Below, in pieces: positions 1 to 13,880 of a stretch of 64,000 nt of DNA; position 1 is the stretch's first letter, and the number at the start of each line of letters is the position of its first letter. The stretch is taken from positions 10,106,001 to 10,170,000 of the forward strand of contig CM120645.1 in NCBI GenBank assembly GCA_051362555.1. The letters run 5' to 3'. This DNA is from Lingula anatina (taxonomy: Eukaryota > Animalia > Brachiopoda). The notes below the pieces were generated by a model that saw only the letters and a program-made list of their open reading frames with translations, did not search any database and had not been told where the DNA came from. A program made the position numbers and the translations under genes.

Positions 1-189
1 ATCTCTGTTGCAATTTTTTCAATACACTACATGTTTTTTCATATCTGTAGACAGAGTATAAACCACATGATATACGACTTTTTTGCAAAGAAACAGTCAG
101 GGGTAATCCTAGAGAGGGGTAAGAAACGTCCATTGTTCTCGTCAGTAAGGCTAACCGAATTCAGGGTATGTACGCACAGACAGAAAACC

Positions 190-1385
190 ATGTATTTATT
201 AGTTCAATAATGAGACTGTTAACATGCCTAAGAGTTGAATCCGAGGAAATGTGAAAAAAAAGCATAACTTCTAAAATAATGCCCCGATTATGCTGATTTT
301 CGAACTCAACCTGTGTTTTATGAATATTCATCAGCTCTGTAAATATACAGCCAAAAAGTAAAACTGCCTTCCACTTATCGTGTTTACAATGAAAGTGCAC
401 GGCCCCGGCGGCGGCGACAGCGACAGTGACGGCAAAGACAGACGCAGGTGATGGCAATATGTACAGACATATCTATATATATATATATTTACTGTACTGT
501 TTGAGAACAGTAAGTGACATGGTTTTTCTTAAATGGTCATCATGGGAGCAGTGCCCAAAATAGGTTTTTTTCAAATTTTGATGCAATATTACATAATGTT
601 AAACAGCATAATGACCATAAATTTTTAATAATAAAATATTAGTATCATGGATATTCAGAAAATGTGACAAGCAAAGGTCTTCAGGACCATGGAACTTCAA
701 AGTCACAACTTGAAAATGCCAAAATGTAAACAAGACAGCACTGTTCTGAAATGTTTTTTTTTCCCATTTTTAACAATTTTTTTAACATAAAACAAAATTA
801 ACAGGTTACTGCCATTTTTATACGATCAACTAAGAAAATTGATGAGATAGGAAAAATATCAATACAACAGTGTTAAATGTCCAATTTCCTCCATTCTGAG
901 ATTCTGAACATAGTGAATGATTGAATCTGACAAACTACAATGATATGAGTTTATTTCCATTTTTGACACTTTATTACACAATACACGATAACAAGTTTAC
1001 CATCATTTTTACATAATCAACTAACAATGTTCTTAAGATGCAGGAAATGTCAAACAAACACTTTTAATATCTTATTAATTAAATAATGAAACTGTTAACA
1101 TGCCTAAGAATTGAATCTGAGGAAATGTGAAAAATATGCTGAAAAGTGAAAAAACAGCATAACTTCTACAATAATGGCCCGATCATGCTGATTTTCGAAC
1201 TTGACCTGCATTTTATGAATATTCATCAGCTCTGTAAATATAAAGCCAAAAAGTAAAACTGCCCTCCACTTATCGTGTTTACAAGGAAAGTGCACGGCGC
1301 CGGCATCGGCATCGGCATCGCCATCGGCGACGACAGACGCAGGTGATGGCAATATGTACAGACACATCTGTGTCTGTACATAAAA
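190..1385 (-). repeat. Family-B non-autonomous Helentron/DINE-like repeat units (about 0.9-1 kb), two partial copies
   Basis: Palindrome TATGTACAGACACA-TC-TGTGTCTGTACATA (~1353-1382) next to a (CGGCAT)n/(CGA)n microsatellite; the same blocks recur many times at 15870-26400. Confidence 0.7.
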
Positions 1386-2010
1386 ACGGAGACCACCCCC
1401 AGTGTTGGGCTCGACATGCTCTACAAAATGCAAAAAAAGGATAGGTCTCTAACATTAACAGTTTCCGAATTGGAGACAGTTTTCAGTTTTGTATCTTATG
1501 GCCACTACTCCCGTGAAAAAGTACCGATGAAAAATGACCTGAAGGGTAACACCTTCCAATAACATTATAGATTAGGTCTGAGTAGTTTCTAAATATCAGC
1601 GCAAATATTTTTTTCGTAAAAAAATTCTTTTTTTATAATTTTGGCCTGTTCCACCTTGAAATAAACACATATGACTTTCGGTCAGCCATCTGTAGAAATT
1701 TTTCCCATAATTTCTTCGGTAAGGTAGATAATTAGCATTTTATTTTGCCATTTTTGGACAAGGGTGCATTGCAATGAGCACCATACCCAGACCCCAGCAC
1801 TGACGAAGCCCAATTTTTTTGTGGAACGAGTTGAGATTATAGGTGACCTAAATCCAAGAGATGGGTACGTAGGTCCTATTAGTCTAGGAGGAGAAGCGGT
1901 AACGGTAACTTGGCGGCGGAGCCGCAGGAGCCGGCGGAACATATGGGCGGAACATACGACCAAAACCATGTGTACCGCCAGCGCCTACGCTGGTGGTACA
2001 ATAAAAAAAA
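1386..2010 (+). mobile_element. 3' fragment of Family-A non-autonomous Helentron-like element
   Basis: Ends in the hairpin GTACCGCCAGCG-CCTA-CGCTGGTGGTAC-AATAA, also seen at ~3907-3940, ~13372-13403 and ~13844-13880. Confidence 0.7.
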
Positions 2011-2047
2011 TCTACATGCACACTATATAATAAAATGCAATACTCAC

Positions 2048-2451
2048 CTCCAAGTGAAAAAAACAGCTTCTTCACAAAATCAGTGTCATCAGGTCTGATA
2101 TGAGTTAAGTGCCGCATACTAAGGGGTAAATCTTCGAGGGACACATCCAACAGGATAGGAAGAATGATGTCTTCTCCCGTCTCTGTGGCCTTATTCAGTG
2201 CCATACCTCTTTCAAAATTGCACCAAGGACTTGTAAGAAAGTCTTTGGAAAGAAATAAAATGAAGTACGTGCACTTTTCAAGGGCTTCTTCGATACAAGT
2301 CACTGTTGAATTACCTGGGCGGAAATCTTTTTTTGAGTAGCAGCAGCTGATGCCCCTTTCCTCCAATATATCCATGACACTTTCCACAAATGCAGCATCA
2401 ACATTACTGTGAACCAAAAATGCATCATACTTGTCTTTTTCAAGCACTGGC
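2048..2451 (-). CDS. Exon encoding a canonical TIR domain (C-terminal TIR of the TIR-linker-TIR gene)
   Basis: Translation KYDAFLVHS...KDFRPG...FILFLSKDFLTSPWCNFE...ILPILL shows TIR box1, BB loop and WCxxE; acceptor ttccag|G at 2452-2453 and donor G|gtgagta at 2047. Confidence 0.9.
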
Positions 2452-2767
2452 CTGGAATGAGAAATATCACTTCTTTATTCTGATTTTTAATGTAGTGTGT
2501 CTAAATAAATTTATCACATACGGTTAAATTGATAGAAAAGATATAAATAATAAGAGAATTGAATAAAATTAATTTGATATTAATTCATCAAAAATATGAA
2601 TATAGTAAAATACAGAAAATATAAAAATCCAGCTAACATGAAATAAATAAACTAATGAACAAAAATAAAATAATAATGAATGAAAAATATCAAAGTAAAT
2701 AAAAACTTATATAAGCTATGATATTAGTACAATTAGATTACGAACAGGTAGTTATAATAATAATAAT

Positions 2768-3940
2768 AACTAGAGGATCAGAGAGGCCATACCGCCTCCG
2801 GATATTGTACCACAAGCTAGAGTAAGCGCATTCGTATGGACCCCCCACCCAAAAAAAGGGACACCACCACCAGTCTTTTGCTTGACAAGCTCTATAAAAT
2901 GCAATCAACAAGAATTCTCAAAATATGCAAAAAAAAAAAAAAAAAAAAAAAAAAATGGTACAATCAAAGTTCAATTCATCGAAAAGTAAGTCAGAGGTCA
3001 ATTTTAATTGTAAATTGCCTCTAATGACTTTCTATTCAAATTCAACAGTAACTATGGGCCTATCTCTGCCAGTTTTGGAGATATAAGGGACTAAATGTTA
3101 TAATTTTGGAGTTACAATAATGTGCCTTAAATTTCATACAGAAAAAATTAATTAAAATAAAGAAAAGGTCATTTTGGTTGAAATTCTTGAAATGGGAGGT
3201 GCTCAGAAGTTCCAGATGTTCAAATTTCATGAAATAATGTCATTTTTGACCAAAAGTTTTCTGCCTCGCCAAGCCTTATGTTTTATTTTCCCGGGGTTCA
3301 AAATTTATTACCATACTGCACATTTTGCTTTCACCAACACAATGTACTTTTTGATACAACTCGAAAACCATATGGAATACAAAAAAAAAAAACAGAGACC
3401 ACACCAAATGTTGGGCTTTACATGCTCTACAAAATGCAAAACAGAATGGGTCTCTAGCATTAACGGTTCCCGAATTAGAGACAGTTTTCAGTTTCGGTAT
3501 CTTATGGCCGCTACTCCCATGAAAATGAACCGATGGAGCCCAAATTCACGGAGATGAAAGTGACCCGAAGGGTAACACTTTCCAATAATATTATTGGTTA
3601 AGTTTGATTAGTTTCTGAATATCAGCGCAAATATTTTTTTCGTAGAAATTTTTCCCATAATTTCTTCCGTAGGGTAGATAACTAGCATTTAACTTTGCCA
3701 TTTTTGGACAAGGGTGCATTGCAATGAGTGACACACCTAGACCCCAGCACCGACAAAGCCCACATTTTACGTGGAAGGAGTTGAGATTATATGCGACCTA
3801 AATCCAAGAGATGGGTACGCAGGCCCTTGTAGTCTAGGAGGAGAAGCGGTAACGGTAACATGGTTACGGAGCCGGCAGAACGGACCAGAGGGGACTAAAA
3901 CCATGTGTACCGCCAGTGCTTACGCTGGTGGTACAATAAA
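2768..3940 (+). mobile_element. Family-A non-autonomous Helentron-like element (HINE/DINE-1-type), short copy
   Basis: 5' AACTAGAGGATCAG; subterminal inverted repeat TATTGTACCAC / GTGGTACAATA; 3' hairpin; about one unit of the 146-bp internal repeat. Confidence 0.75.
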
Positions 3941-4322
3941 CAATTGACTTTCATTGATTTTTAATGAAATATTTAGTGAAATATTGGCATTTGTCATCAT
4001 TACTATCTACTGATTTGATTATTTCCAAGTTTTTTCATTTACTTCTTTAAAACTACAACAAGAAAACAGGAAGACAATTAAACCTAGAATTAAAGAACTT
4101 TTTTATCTTTTTTTCTCATGTAATGCACCACCAGAATACTTATTGGACAAGGCAGCAAAGCTGTCAAATTCACAACTAAAAGCAAAAAATAACTGATGCA
4201 CAAAAAGGTTATTTGGTCAATTTTAATACAATATTACATAATGCTTAACAACAAAAACCAAAACCAAATTCTAAATACCAGCACCCACAACAGGTAATGT
4301 GGACATTAAGAATAAATATGTA

Positions 4323-5171
4323 TACTTAACAAAAATATAAACACACAAAAGAATTTGTTGATTTATTTTCATGTATGGAACTAGAGTATATTATATAGCC
4401 AACAATAACAACATATTTTTCCTCAACAAATAAACATTCATTTGAGTGCATTACAGGAAGTTTAAATGGATAGTCTGAGTTAGGGCATCAACTATACACT
4501 ATGGGGGTCAACATCCTGAGTTCACAGACAAATAATGAGTATGGCCACCATTAGCTTCACGCAGAGCAGTATACCGACAGTGCATGGACATCATTAAGTT
4601 GTCAATAGTGGCCGCAGGGATATTAGCCCATTCCTTCTGGAGTGCTGCTCGCAGTTGGTGAACATTCTCTGGAGCAGGAACATGATGGCCAAAATGCTGA
4701 TCCAGAACATCCCACAGGTGTTCGATGGGTGACATAGCGGGTGTGGTAACATGTGGTCAGCAGGCATGTGGGCGATTCCTAGTGCTACCATGCAGTGTCT
4801 CTGAAGCGTGTTCCCAGGCGGATGACAGTGGAATGAAGCACATTCTCGATGGCATGCTCCCTCATGATTTCAGACATCTGTGGCATGTTGACATGTGACA
4901 GAAATGCACATTTTATTGCCTAGACTGTAAGGAGTGTCTGTGTATTGTTCATGCAGATTGACATCCACTCCTTCATGCTCCATTAGTCTTATGAGTGGAA
5001 AAACTGAACCTTTGAATATACTTACGGGGAGCGACCAAGTGAAACCAGACCACTATACTTGATCAAAACAAATCCATCAAAGCACAAATAAACCATCAAC
5101 CTGGGCATATTTCATAATAATCTGTTTCAACTGATCATTTTAGTTTCGTGCATTTATATTTTGGTTCAGTA
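4323..5171 (-). mobile_element. Deleted Tc1/mariner element with a transposase C-terminal remnant (4508-4735)
   Basis: TIRs TACTTAACAAAAATATAAA / TTTATATTTTGGTTCAGTA flanked by TA; peptide SPIEHLWDVLDQ...LQKEWANIP...NGGHTHY is a typical Tc1 C-terminus. Confidence 0.85.
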
Positions 5172-6432
5172 TAACTACCGTCATAATCACACTTTGAAAA
5201 TGCCAGTATAAGAAAAAAAAAACTAAAAAAAAAACAAGAGGATCAGAGATGCAATACCAACTCCTGGTATTGTACCACCAGTGAGATTGAGCACATTCAA
5301 GTTCAAGGTAAGGTATGGGTGTATGTGTGTTAGTTGTGGAGAAGTAGGGTTGGGTAAATGTGGAGAGAGTATTTGTGTGGGGAAGACAGGCTTTGATGGG
5401 ATTTCAAAATAACCACTGTTTTTAGTTTTGTTCTTCCTATTTCAACATCCGGGCACACAACAAAAATGTGTGCCCCCCACCCCTCATCAAACACAGTCTA
5501 ACAATGCGGAAGGTGGGTCTGCTGCCCCATCAAGTGGCGCCACAAGCAGGAAAAGTTCTCACTAAAAATTGGCACCTGGTACACCAAAAAGGTCAATGAG
5601 AACAGTTTCAACGGGTTATTGGCACCCAGCTTGGGTTTGCTGATCTGTTGTGAATGTTCCTACTTTTTTGGATTGTGCACATGCTTCTAGCTGGCTTGAA
5701 AACATTATTGATTCTGCTCAACTTATCACATATTCTTGTATTCTTTTCTAGGAGATCTACCTATCCTTACAAATCAAGTAATCATATCTTCAGAATAAAG
5801 TAAGGACGTTATGGCACCACAAAGGCCCAATACTGCACCCGTGCGTATCTTGGAAAGATCAGCTAATCTCTTTTGTATCATGAGTCACGAAATGATATAT
5901 AGTTTAACAACCAGGTATGTTTCTTATCTCTCATTGTTGCTATTTTTAAAGGACCAAAGAAATATATATATGAGTGAGAAAATGGTGATTTTCTAGACTA
6001 AGTTAGTTGGAGAAGTTAAATCAAAATGGTGGCACCTCGCTACAGCAGGGGCATGCAAATGGATACTGTTATTGAAATGATTGAAAAATTTCAAATATTT
6101 AAATAGGGAAATAATATTATATTTTAACAATAATAGTAAACATGCTTCTTTTTATGCAGTATGAAATTGATGGTGTTGAAATTTGACTTTTAAGCCAGTA
6201 ATGCAACCTGGCCAACAACATTCAGGTGAGCTGAAAAACTGACTTAAGTATATCTGGTACCAAAACAAGCATAATTGGGAACTAATGGAAGTAACTTGCT
6301 GAAATATCCTGGACTGAAAGTTAATGTAATTGGCATAATCCCTGTGGATTTTCAGGCAAATGTGTGGAGAAATGAAAAAAAAAATGTGCATAAGATAAAA
6401 CCACTTTCAATTGTTTTTTTTTTCACCCATTA

Positions 6433-7482
6433 GGCCACACTTTTTTATTTTTATGGATGACATCCTGCGCGCGCACCGATTTTCGTCCGTTCCCAAAAAA
6501 AAAAAAAAAAAAAAAAAACACCCCGTCGTTATTGAATTTGACGGGAAATGCAATCAGCAAACTTCGGCTTATTCCGCAAGCTCCATACTGTCATTGTCCA
6601 TTGCGGAGACATCCGAGTAGTTCCGAGTGCGAAAATGCGCTTCCTGCACATGCGTATTATCACCACGTGGAAATATGGCCGCTTTGCCGTCAAATTCATT
6701 TCTAGCATTAATTTCAAAATACACGACAATTAAAGTCATAAAGAGAACGGGGGCCGTCGTTTTGGATTGGTTTGCCATTGATATTGGACATGGAGATATC
6801 ACCTTTTTACAATTATACGAAAGGCTGTCCGCGGCCAGCAATCATCGCCCGGAAAATGTCAGTGACATTCTGTCCAAAGCAGCACATACCAGGTTTTTTT
6901 TGTAGCGAAAAAAGGGTCGACAAGAGCGTTGTGGTATTTGGTGGACTGAAGGTCGGACAGGCCACCCGATAGTTGGCTGCTACGTGTGAGTCGAAGTAGT
7001 CAAAATGGCATCGACCGAAATTACCTTTTTTAGATTTGGTAATAGGAAGCATATGCCCATCTTTGCTTCATTTTTTTAACAATTCTGTGAAGTGTTCACA
7101 ATGCTTTAATTTTCTGAGAGTACAAATAAAGACACGCTGTTTATTTGATATTTGTTTTATTGATTGCTATACCAACAGAATGCATGAAATAACCTTAAAT
7201 AGATTTGGTAATATGCAGCATTTATATTCATGACTTTTTACCTTTCTACGAAGTAGGCCCTATTCACAATGCTTTAATATTTTGAGAGCATGGATAAAGG
7301 CATATTGTAAATTTGATACGTGTTTCTGTGGTAAATTAGTGTTTCCAGCTGTGTACTGAGAACATAACTTTTCTTAAGCAGTTTTTTTTTTTTTTTGGAC
7401 TGTTTTTTTTTTTTTTTCGCCCGCTCGCACCAATTTTGGGGTCCCCAGAGGATGTCATCCATAAAAATAAAAAAGTGTGGCC
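6433..7482. mobile_element. Non-autonomous TIR element, PIF/Harbinger-like
   Basis: About 34-bp TIR GGCCACACTTTTTTATTTTTATGGATGACATCCT at both ends; TTA duplication at 6430-6432 and 7483-7485. Confidence 0.8.
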
Positions 7483-8135
7483 TTACCAAATGAGAATGAA
7501 GTTTGTAGTTGGCCATAACTCTTGACACTGCCAGTGTATGAAATGGCTGAGGCTGGTTACATTCACGCCAGGTGGGTAAGATTTACAAATTACCCGTCCG
7601 ATGGGCTGGCTATTTTTGCAGCCTATTTTAACCTTTTATTTTGCCCATTTTCACAAGTGATTTTTCCAATATATCAAATCAACTCACTGTTTTCCCTGCT
7701 TTCATAGAAGCAAAGAACTAACCATCATGTAATTGAATGCTTGAAAATGTAACCATCAGTCCCCCCCTCAATTGCAAAGTTCCGTCTGTGTGATATGAAG
7801 TTGAAAGAGACTTAAGAATGAGACATATTGTTCTTAAACCAGCTCCAGTGCACAGATAACAGTACGTCATTGTTTTGAGTAGAGGAGATACTGGGAGTAG
7901 CAATTTGTAGGTTGAGAGTAATAAAAATGTGAAAGTATGAAAAAAGTTATGATATTGATTAGTTAAAGATATACTGGTACATGCAGTGCTTATGATTAAC
8001 AGTACTAAAGGCAATGGAAGCAATTTAAGGAGAATTTTCAGTCTGTGCCAAAAACTTTTTAGACTACTATCCCTTCGGGCTAGCAGACTCTCAAACTTTA
8101 CTAGCCCGAACCAAAAAACACTAGCCCACAATTGA

Positions 8136-11100
8136 AACTAGAGGATCAGACAGGCGATACCGCCTCCAGATATTGTACCACCAGCTGGAGCAAGCACATT
8201 CGTATGAACCCCCCCCCCAAAAAAAAAAAAGGGACACCACCGCCAGTCTTATGCTTGACAAGCTCTATAAAATACATTCAACAAGAATTCACAAAATATG
8301 CAAAAAAAATGTAACTAACAAGAAAATATGCAAAGGTCAATGCATGTTGAAAAGTAGGTCAAAGGTCAATTTCAGTTTATGACTTCATATTCAAATTCAA
8401 AAGTAACTATATATGGGCATTTCTTTGCCAATTTTGGAGATATAAAGATGAGAAAACATGCAAAGTACAGTTCATCATAAAAAGTAGGTCAAACATCAAT
8501 TTCAAGGTCACAGATTGCCAGTGTATTACTTCCTATTCAAGTTCAATAGTAACTATGGACCTATCTCTGCCAGTTTTGGAGATGAAAGGGAAGATATTTG
8601 CAAAGTTCAATTCATGATGAAAAGTAGGTCAAAAGTCAATTTAAAGGTCACACTTAGATTGCCAGTATATGACTTCCTATTCAAGTTCAATAGTAACTGT
8701 GGACCTATCTCTGCCAGTTTTGGAGATGAAAGGGAAGATATTTGCAAAGTTCAATTCATGATGAAAAGTAGGTCAAAGGTCAATTTCAAGGTCACACTTA
8801 GATGGTCAAAGGTCAATTTTAAATTGCCTCTAATGACTTTCTCTTCAAATTCAATAGTAAATATGGGCGTTATCTTTGACAGTTTTGAAAGTTTAATCAT
8901 TAAAAAAGTTGCAAAGTTCAGTTTATCGTGTAAAGTAGGTCAAAGCTCAATTTCAAGGTCAGAGTAAGATTACCAGTATATGACTTCCTATTCAACTTCA
9001 ATAGTAAGTATGGACCTATCTCTGCCAGGTTTGGAGTTAAAAGGGAAAGAAATTAGCAAAGTTCAGTTCATGGTGAAAAGTAGGCCAAAGGTCAATTTAA
9101 AGGTCACAGTAAATTGCCTCTAATGACTTTCTATTCAAATTCAATAGAAACTATGGGCGTATCTTTGCCATTTTTGGAGATTAAAGGGAATGAAAATTTG
9201 CAAAGTTCAGTTATTGGTAAAAAGTAGGTCAAAGGTCCATTTAAGGTCAGAGTAAATTGGCAGTATATGACTTCCTATTCAAGTTCAATAGTAACTACGG
9301 ACCCATCTCTGCCAGTTTTGGAGATAAAAGGGAATGGAAATTTGCAAAGTTCAATTCATGATGAAAAGTAGGTCAAAGGTCAATTTAAAGATCACACTTA
9401 GATTGCTAGTATATGACTTCCTATTCAAGTTCAATAGTAATTGTGGACCTATCTCTGCCAGTTTTGGAGATAAAAGGGAACGAAAATTTGCAAAGTTCTG
9501 TTCATGGTGAAAAGTAGGTCAAAGGTCAATTTAAAGGTCACAGTTAAATTGCCAGTATGTGACTTCTTATTCAAGTTCAATAGTAACTATGGACCTATCT
9601 CTGCCAGTTTTGGAGATATAAGGGACTAATTGTTACCATTTCGGAGTTACAATAATGTGCCATAAATTTCCTACAGAAAAAAATTAATTAAAATAAAGAA
9701 AAGGTCATTTTGGTTGAAATTCTTGAAATGGGAGGTGCTCAGAAGTTCCAGATGTTCAAATTTCATGAAATAATGTCATTTTTGACCAGAAGCTGTCTGC
9801 CTCGCCAAACCTTGTTTTATTTTCCCAGAGTTCAATATTTGTTATCCATTACCGTACTGCACATTTTGCTTTCACCATCACAATGTACTTTTTGATACAG
9901 CATAACTCGAAAACTGTATGATATACAAAAAAACAACACCCCCATTGTTGGGCTGTACATGCTCTACAAAATGCAAAAAAGAATGGGTCTCTAGCATTAA
10001 CGGTTCCCAAATTAGAGAAAGTTTTCAGTTTCGGTATCTTATGGCCTCTACTCCTGTGAAAATGCACCGATTGACCCCAAATTCACGGATATGAAAGATG
10101 ACCTGAAGGGTAACACTATCCAACTAGAGGATCAGAGAGGCGATACCGCCTCCGAATATTGTACCACCAGCTGGAGCAAGCGCATTCGTATAGACCCCCA
10201 CATACACAAAAGAAGGGACACAGCCACCAGTCTTATGCTTGACAAGCTGTAAAAATGCAATCAACAAGAATTTTCAAAATATGCAAAAAATATATATAAC
10301 TTAAAATGGTACAATCAAAATTAAGTTCATCGTAAGGTAGGTCAAAGGTCAATTTCAAGGTCACAGTAAATTGCCAGTATATGACTTCCTATTCAACTTT
10401 AATGGTAACTATGGACCTATCTCTGCCAGGTTTGGAGATAAAAGAGAAAGAAATTTGCAAAGTTCAGTTCATAGTGAAAAGTAGGTCAAAGGTCAATTTC
10501 AAGGTCACATTTAGATTGCCAGTATATGACTTTCCATGCAAGTTCAATAGAAACTATGGACCTATCTCTGCCAGTTTTGGAGATAAAAGGGAACCAAAAT
10601 TTGCAAAGTTCAATTCATGATAAAAAGTAGGTCAAAGGTCAATTTCAAGGTCACACTTAGATTGCCAGTATATGACTTTCCATGCAAGTTCAATAGAAAC
10701 TATGGACCTATCTCTGACTTCCTATTCAAGTTCAATAGTAACTATGGACCTATCTCTGCCAGTTTTGTAGATAAAAGGGAAGAAAAATATGCAAAGTTCA
10801 GTTCATGGTGAAAAGTAGGTCAAAGGTCAATTTCAAGGTCACAGTAAAATTGCCAGTATATGACTTCCTATTCAACTTCAATAGTAACTATGGACCTATC
10901 TCTGCCAGTTTTGGAGATATAAGGGACTAAATGTTTTAATTTTGGAGTTACCATAACGTGTCATAAATTTCCTACAGAAAAAATTAATTAAAATAAAGAC
11001 AAGGTCATTTTGGTCAAAATTCTTGAAATAAGAGGTGTTCTGAAGTTCCAGATGTTCAAATTTGATGAAATAATGTCATTTTTGACCACAAGTTGTCTGC

Positions 11101-13880
11101 TTTGCCAAGCCTTATGTTTTATATTTCCGGAGTTCAAAATTTATTATCCATTACAGTACTGCACATTTTGCTTTCACCACCAATATGTGCCAGTATATGA
11201 CTTCCTATTCAAGTTCAATAAAAACTATGGACCTATCTCTGCCAGTTTTGGAGATAAAAGGGAAGCAAAATTTGCAAAGTTCAGTTCATGGTGAAAAGTA
11301 GGTCAAAGGTCAATTTCAAGGTCACAGTAAGATTGCCAGTATATGACTTCCTATTCAAGTTCAATAGTAATTATGAACCTATCTCTGCCAGTTTTGGAGA
11401 TAAAAGGGAACCAAAATTTGCAAAGTTCAATTCATGATAAAAAGTAGGTCAAAGGTCAATTTCAAGGTCACATTTAGATTGCCAGTATATGACTTCCTAT
11501 TCAACTTCAATAGTAACTATGGACCTATCTCTGCCAGGTTTGGAGTTAAAAGAGAAAGAAATTAGCAGAGTTCAGTTCATGGTGAAAAGTAGGTCAAAGG
11601 TCAATTTCAAGGTCACATTTAGATTGCCAGTATATGACTTCCTATTCAACTTCAATAGTAACTATGGACCTATCTCTGCCAGTTTTGGAGATAAAAGGGA
11701 AGCAAAATTTGCAAAGTTCAGTTCATGGTGAAAAGTAGGTCAAAGGTCAATTTCAAGGTCACATTTAGATTGCCAGTATATGCCTTTATATTCAAGTTCA
11801 ATAAAAACTATGGACCTATCTCTGCCAGTTTTGGAGATAAAAGGGAAGCAAAATTTGCAAAGTTTAATTCATGGTGAAAAGTAGGTCAAAGGTCAATTTC
11901 AAGGTCACATTTAGATTGCCAGTATATGACTTCCTATTCAAGTTCAATAGTAACTATGGACCTATCTCTGCCAGGTTTGGAGTTAAAAGAGAAAGAAATT
12001 AGCAGAGTTCAGTTCATGGTGAAAAGTAGGTCAAAGGTCAATTTCAAGGTCACATTTAGATTGCCAGTATATGACTTCCTATTCAACTTCAATAGTAACT
12101 ATGGACCTATCTCTGCCAGTTTTGGAGATAAAAGGGAAGCAAAATTTGCAAAGTTCAATTCATGGTGAAAAGTAGGTCAAAGGTCAATTTCAAGGTCACA
12201 TTTAGATTGCCAGTATATGACTTTCCATGCAAGTTCAATAGAAACTATGGACCTATCTCTGCCAGTTTTGGAGATAAAAGGGAACCAAAATTTGCAAAGT
12301 TCAATTTATGATAAAAAGTAGGTCAAAGGTCAATTTCAAGGTCACACTTAGATTGCCAGTATATGACTTCCTATTCAAGTTCAATAGTAACTATGGACCT
12401 ATCTCTGCCAGTTTTGGAGATATAAGGGACTAAGTGTTATAATTTTGGAGTTACCTTAATGTGCCATAAATTTCCTACAGAAAAAATTAATTAAAATAAA
12501 GAAAAGGTCATTTTGGTCAAAATTCTTGAAATGGGAGGTGCTCTGAAGTTGCAGAAGTTCAAATTTGATAAAATAATGTCATTTTTGACCACAAGTTGTC
12601 TGCTTTGCCAAGCCTTATGTTTTATTTTTCCAGAGTTCAAAATTTATTATCCATTACCGTACTGCACATTTTGCTTTCACCACCAATATGTACTTTTTGA
12701 TACAGCGTAGCTCGAAAACTGTATGGAATACAAAAAAACGGAGACCACCTCCAGTGTTGGGCTTTACATGCTCTACAAAATGCAAAAAAGAATGGGTCTC
12801 TAGCATTAACGGTTCCCGAATTAGAGACAGTTTTCAGTTTCGGTATCTTATGGCCGCTACTCCCGTTAAAATGCACTGATTGACCCCAAATTCACGGAGA
12901 TGAAAGATGACCTGAAGGGTATCATTTTCCAATAATATTATTGGTTTAGTCTGTGTGGTGTCTGAATAACAGCGCAAATAATTTTTTTTTTGTAAAAAAA
13001 TTCATTTTTTTGAAAAATTTGGCCTGTTTGACCTTGAAATTAAGGTCAAAGGTCAAATCCAAGGGCATATTTGAAATCTACACATATGACTTTTGGAAAG
13101 CCGTCTGTAGAAATTTTTCCCATAATTCCTTCCGTAGGGTAGATAATTAGCATTTAATTTTGCCATTTTTGGACAAGGGTGCATTGCAATGAATGCCACA
13201 CCTAGACCCCAATACCGACAAAGCCCAAATTTTACGTGGAACGAGTTGAGATTATAGGTGACCTAAATCCAAGAGATGGGTATAGGGGGCCTTATCGTCT
13301 AGGAGGAGAAGCGGTAACGATGACATGGCGGCGGAGCCGGCGGAACGGACCGGACGGGACTAAAACCATGTGTACCGCCAGCGCTAACGCTGGTGGTACA
13401 ATAATATTATTGGTTAGGTCTGTGTAGTTTCTGAATATCAGCGCAAATAATTTTTTTTCGCAAAAAAATTCATTTTTTTTTTTTAATCTTGGCCCGTTTG
13501 ACCTTGAAATAAAGGTCAAAGGTCAAATCCAAGGGCATATTTGAAATCTCCACATATGACTTTCGCTCAGCCGTCTGTTGGAAATTTTCCCATAATTCCT
13601 TCCGTAGGGTAGATAATTAGTATTTAATTTTGCCATTTTTGGACAAGGGTGCATTGATGCAATTAGTGCCACACCTAGACCCCAGCACCGACAAAGCTCA
13701 TATTTTATGTGGAACGAGTTGAGACTATAGGTGACCTAAATCCAAGAGATGGGTATGGAGGCCCTTACCGTCTAGGAGGAGAAGCGGTAACGGTGAGATG
13801 GCGGTGGAGCCGGCAGAACATGGGGGTCGGGACTAAAACCATGTGTACCGCCAGTGCCTACGCTGGTGGTAAAAATATAA
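8136..13880 (+). mobile_element. Family-A Helentron-like element carrying a nested copy of itself (10122-13403)
   Basis: The outer copy is interrupted after ...TAACACTATCC and resumes at TAATATTATTGGTTAG (~13404); these are contiguous in the copy at ~3575-3600. Both copies have the 5' AACTAGAGGATCAG start and the 3' hairpin. Confidence 0.75.
8330..12425 (+). repeat. Tandem arrays of a ~146-bp unit (AAAAGTAGGTCAAAGGTCAATTTCAAGGTCAC...) inside the Family-A elements
   Basis: The motif recurs at about 11294, 11440, 11586, 11732 and 11878; further arrays at ~8330-9620 and ~10330-10920. Confidence 0.9.

Noticed and set aside
5400-5560. Short + strand peptide QTQSNNAEGGSAAPSSGATSRKSSH*
   Set aside because: Too short, with no clear splice context or homology that I can recognise.
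6411-7233. Overlapping short ORFs inside the Harbinger-like element
   Set aside because: No recognisable transposase or other motif; explained by locally higher GC.
8330-12425. 146-bp periodic array as a CRISPR array or repeat protein
   Set aside because: Whole units are repeated with no unique spacers, there are no cas genes, the context is eukaryotic, and the period is not a multiple of 3.
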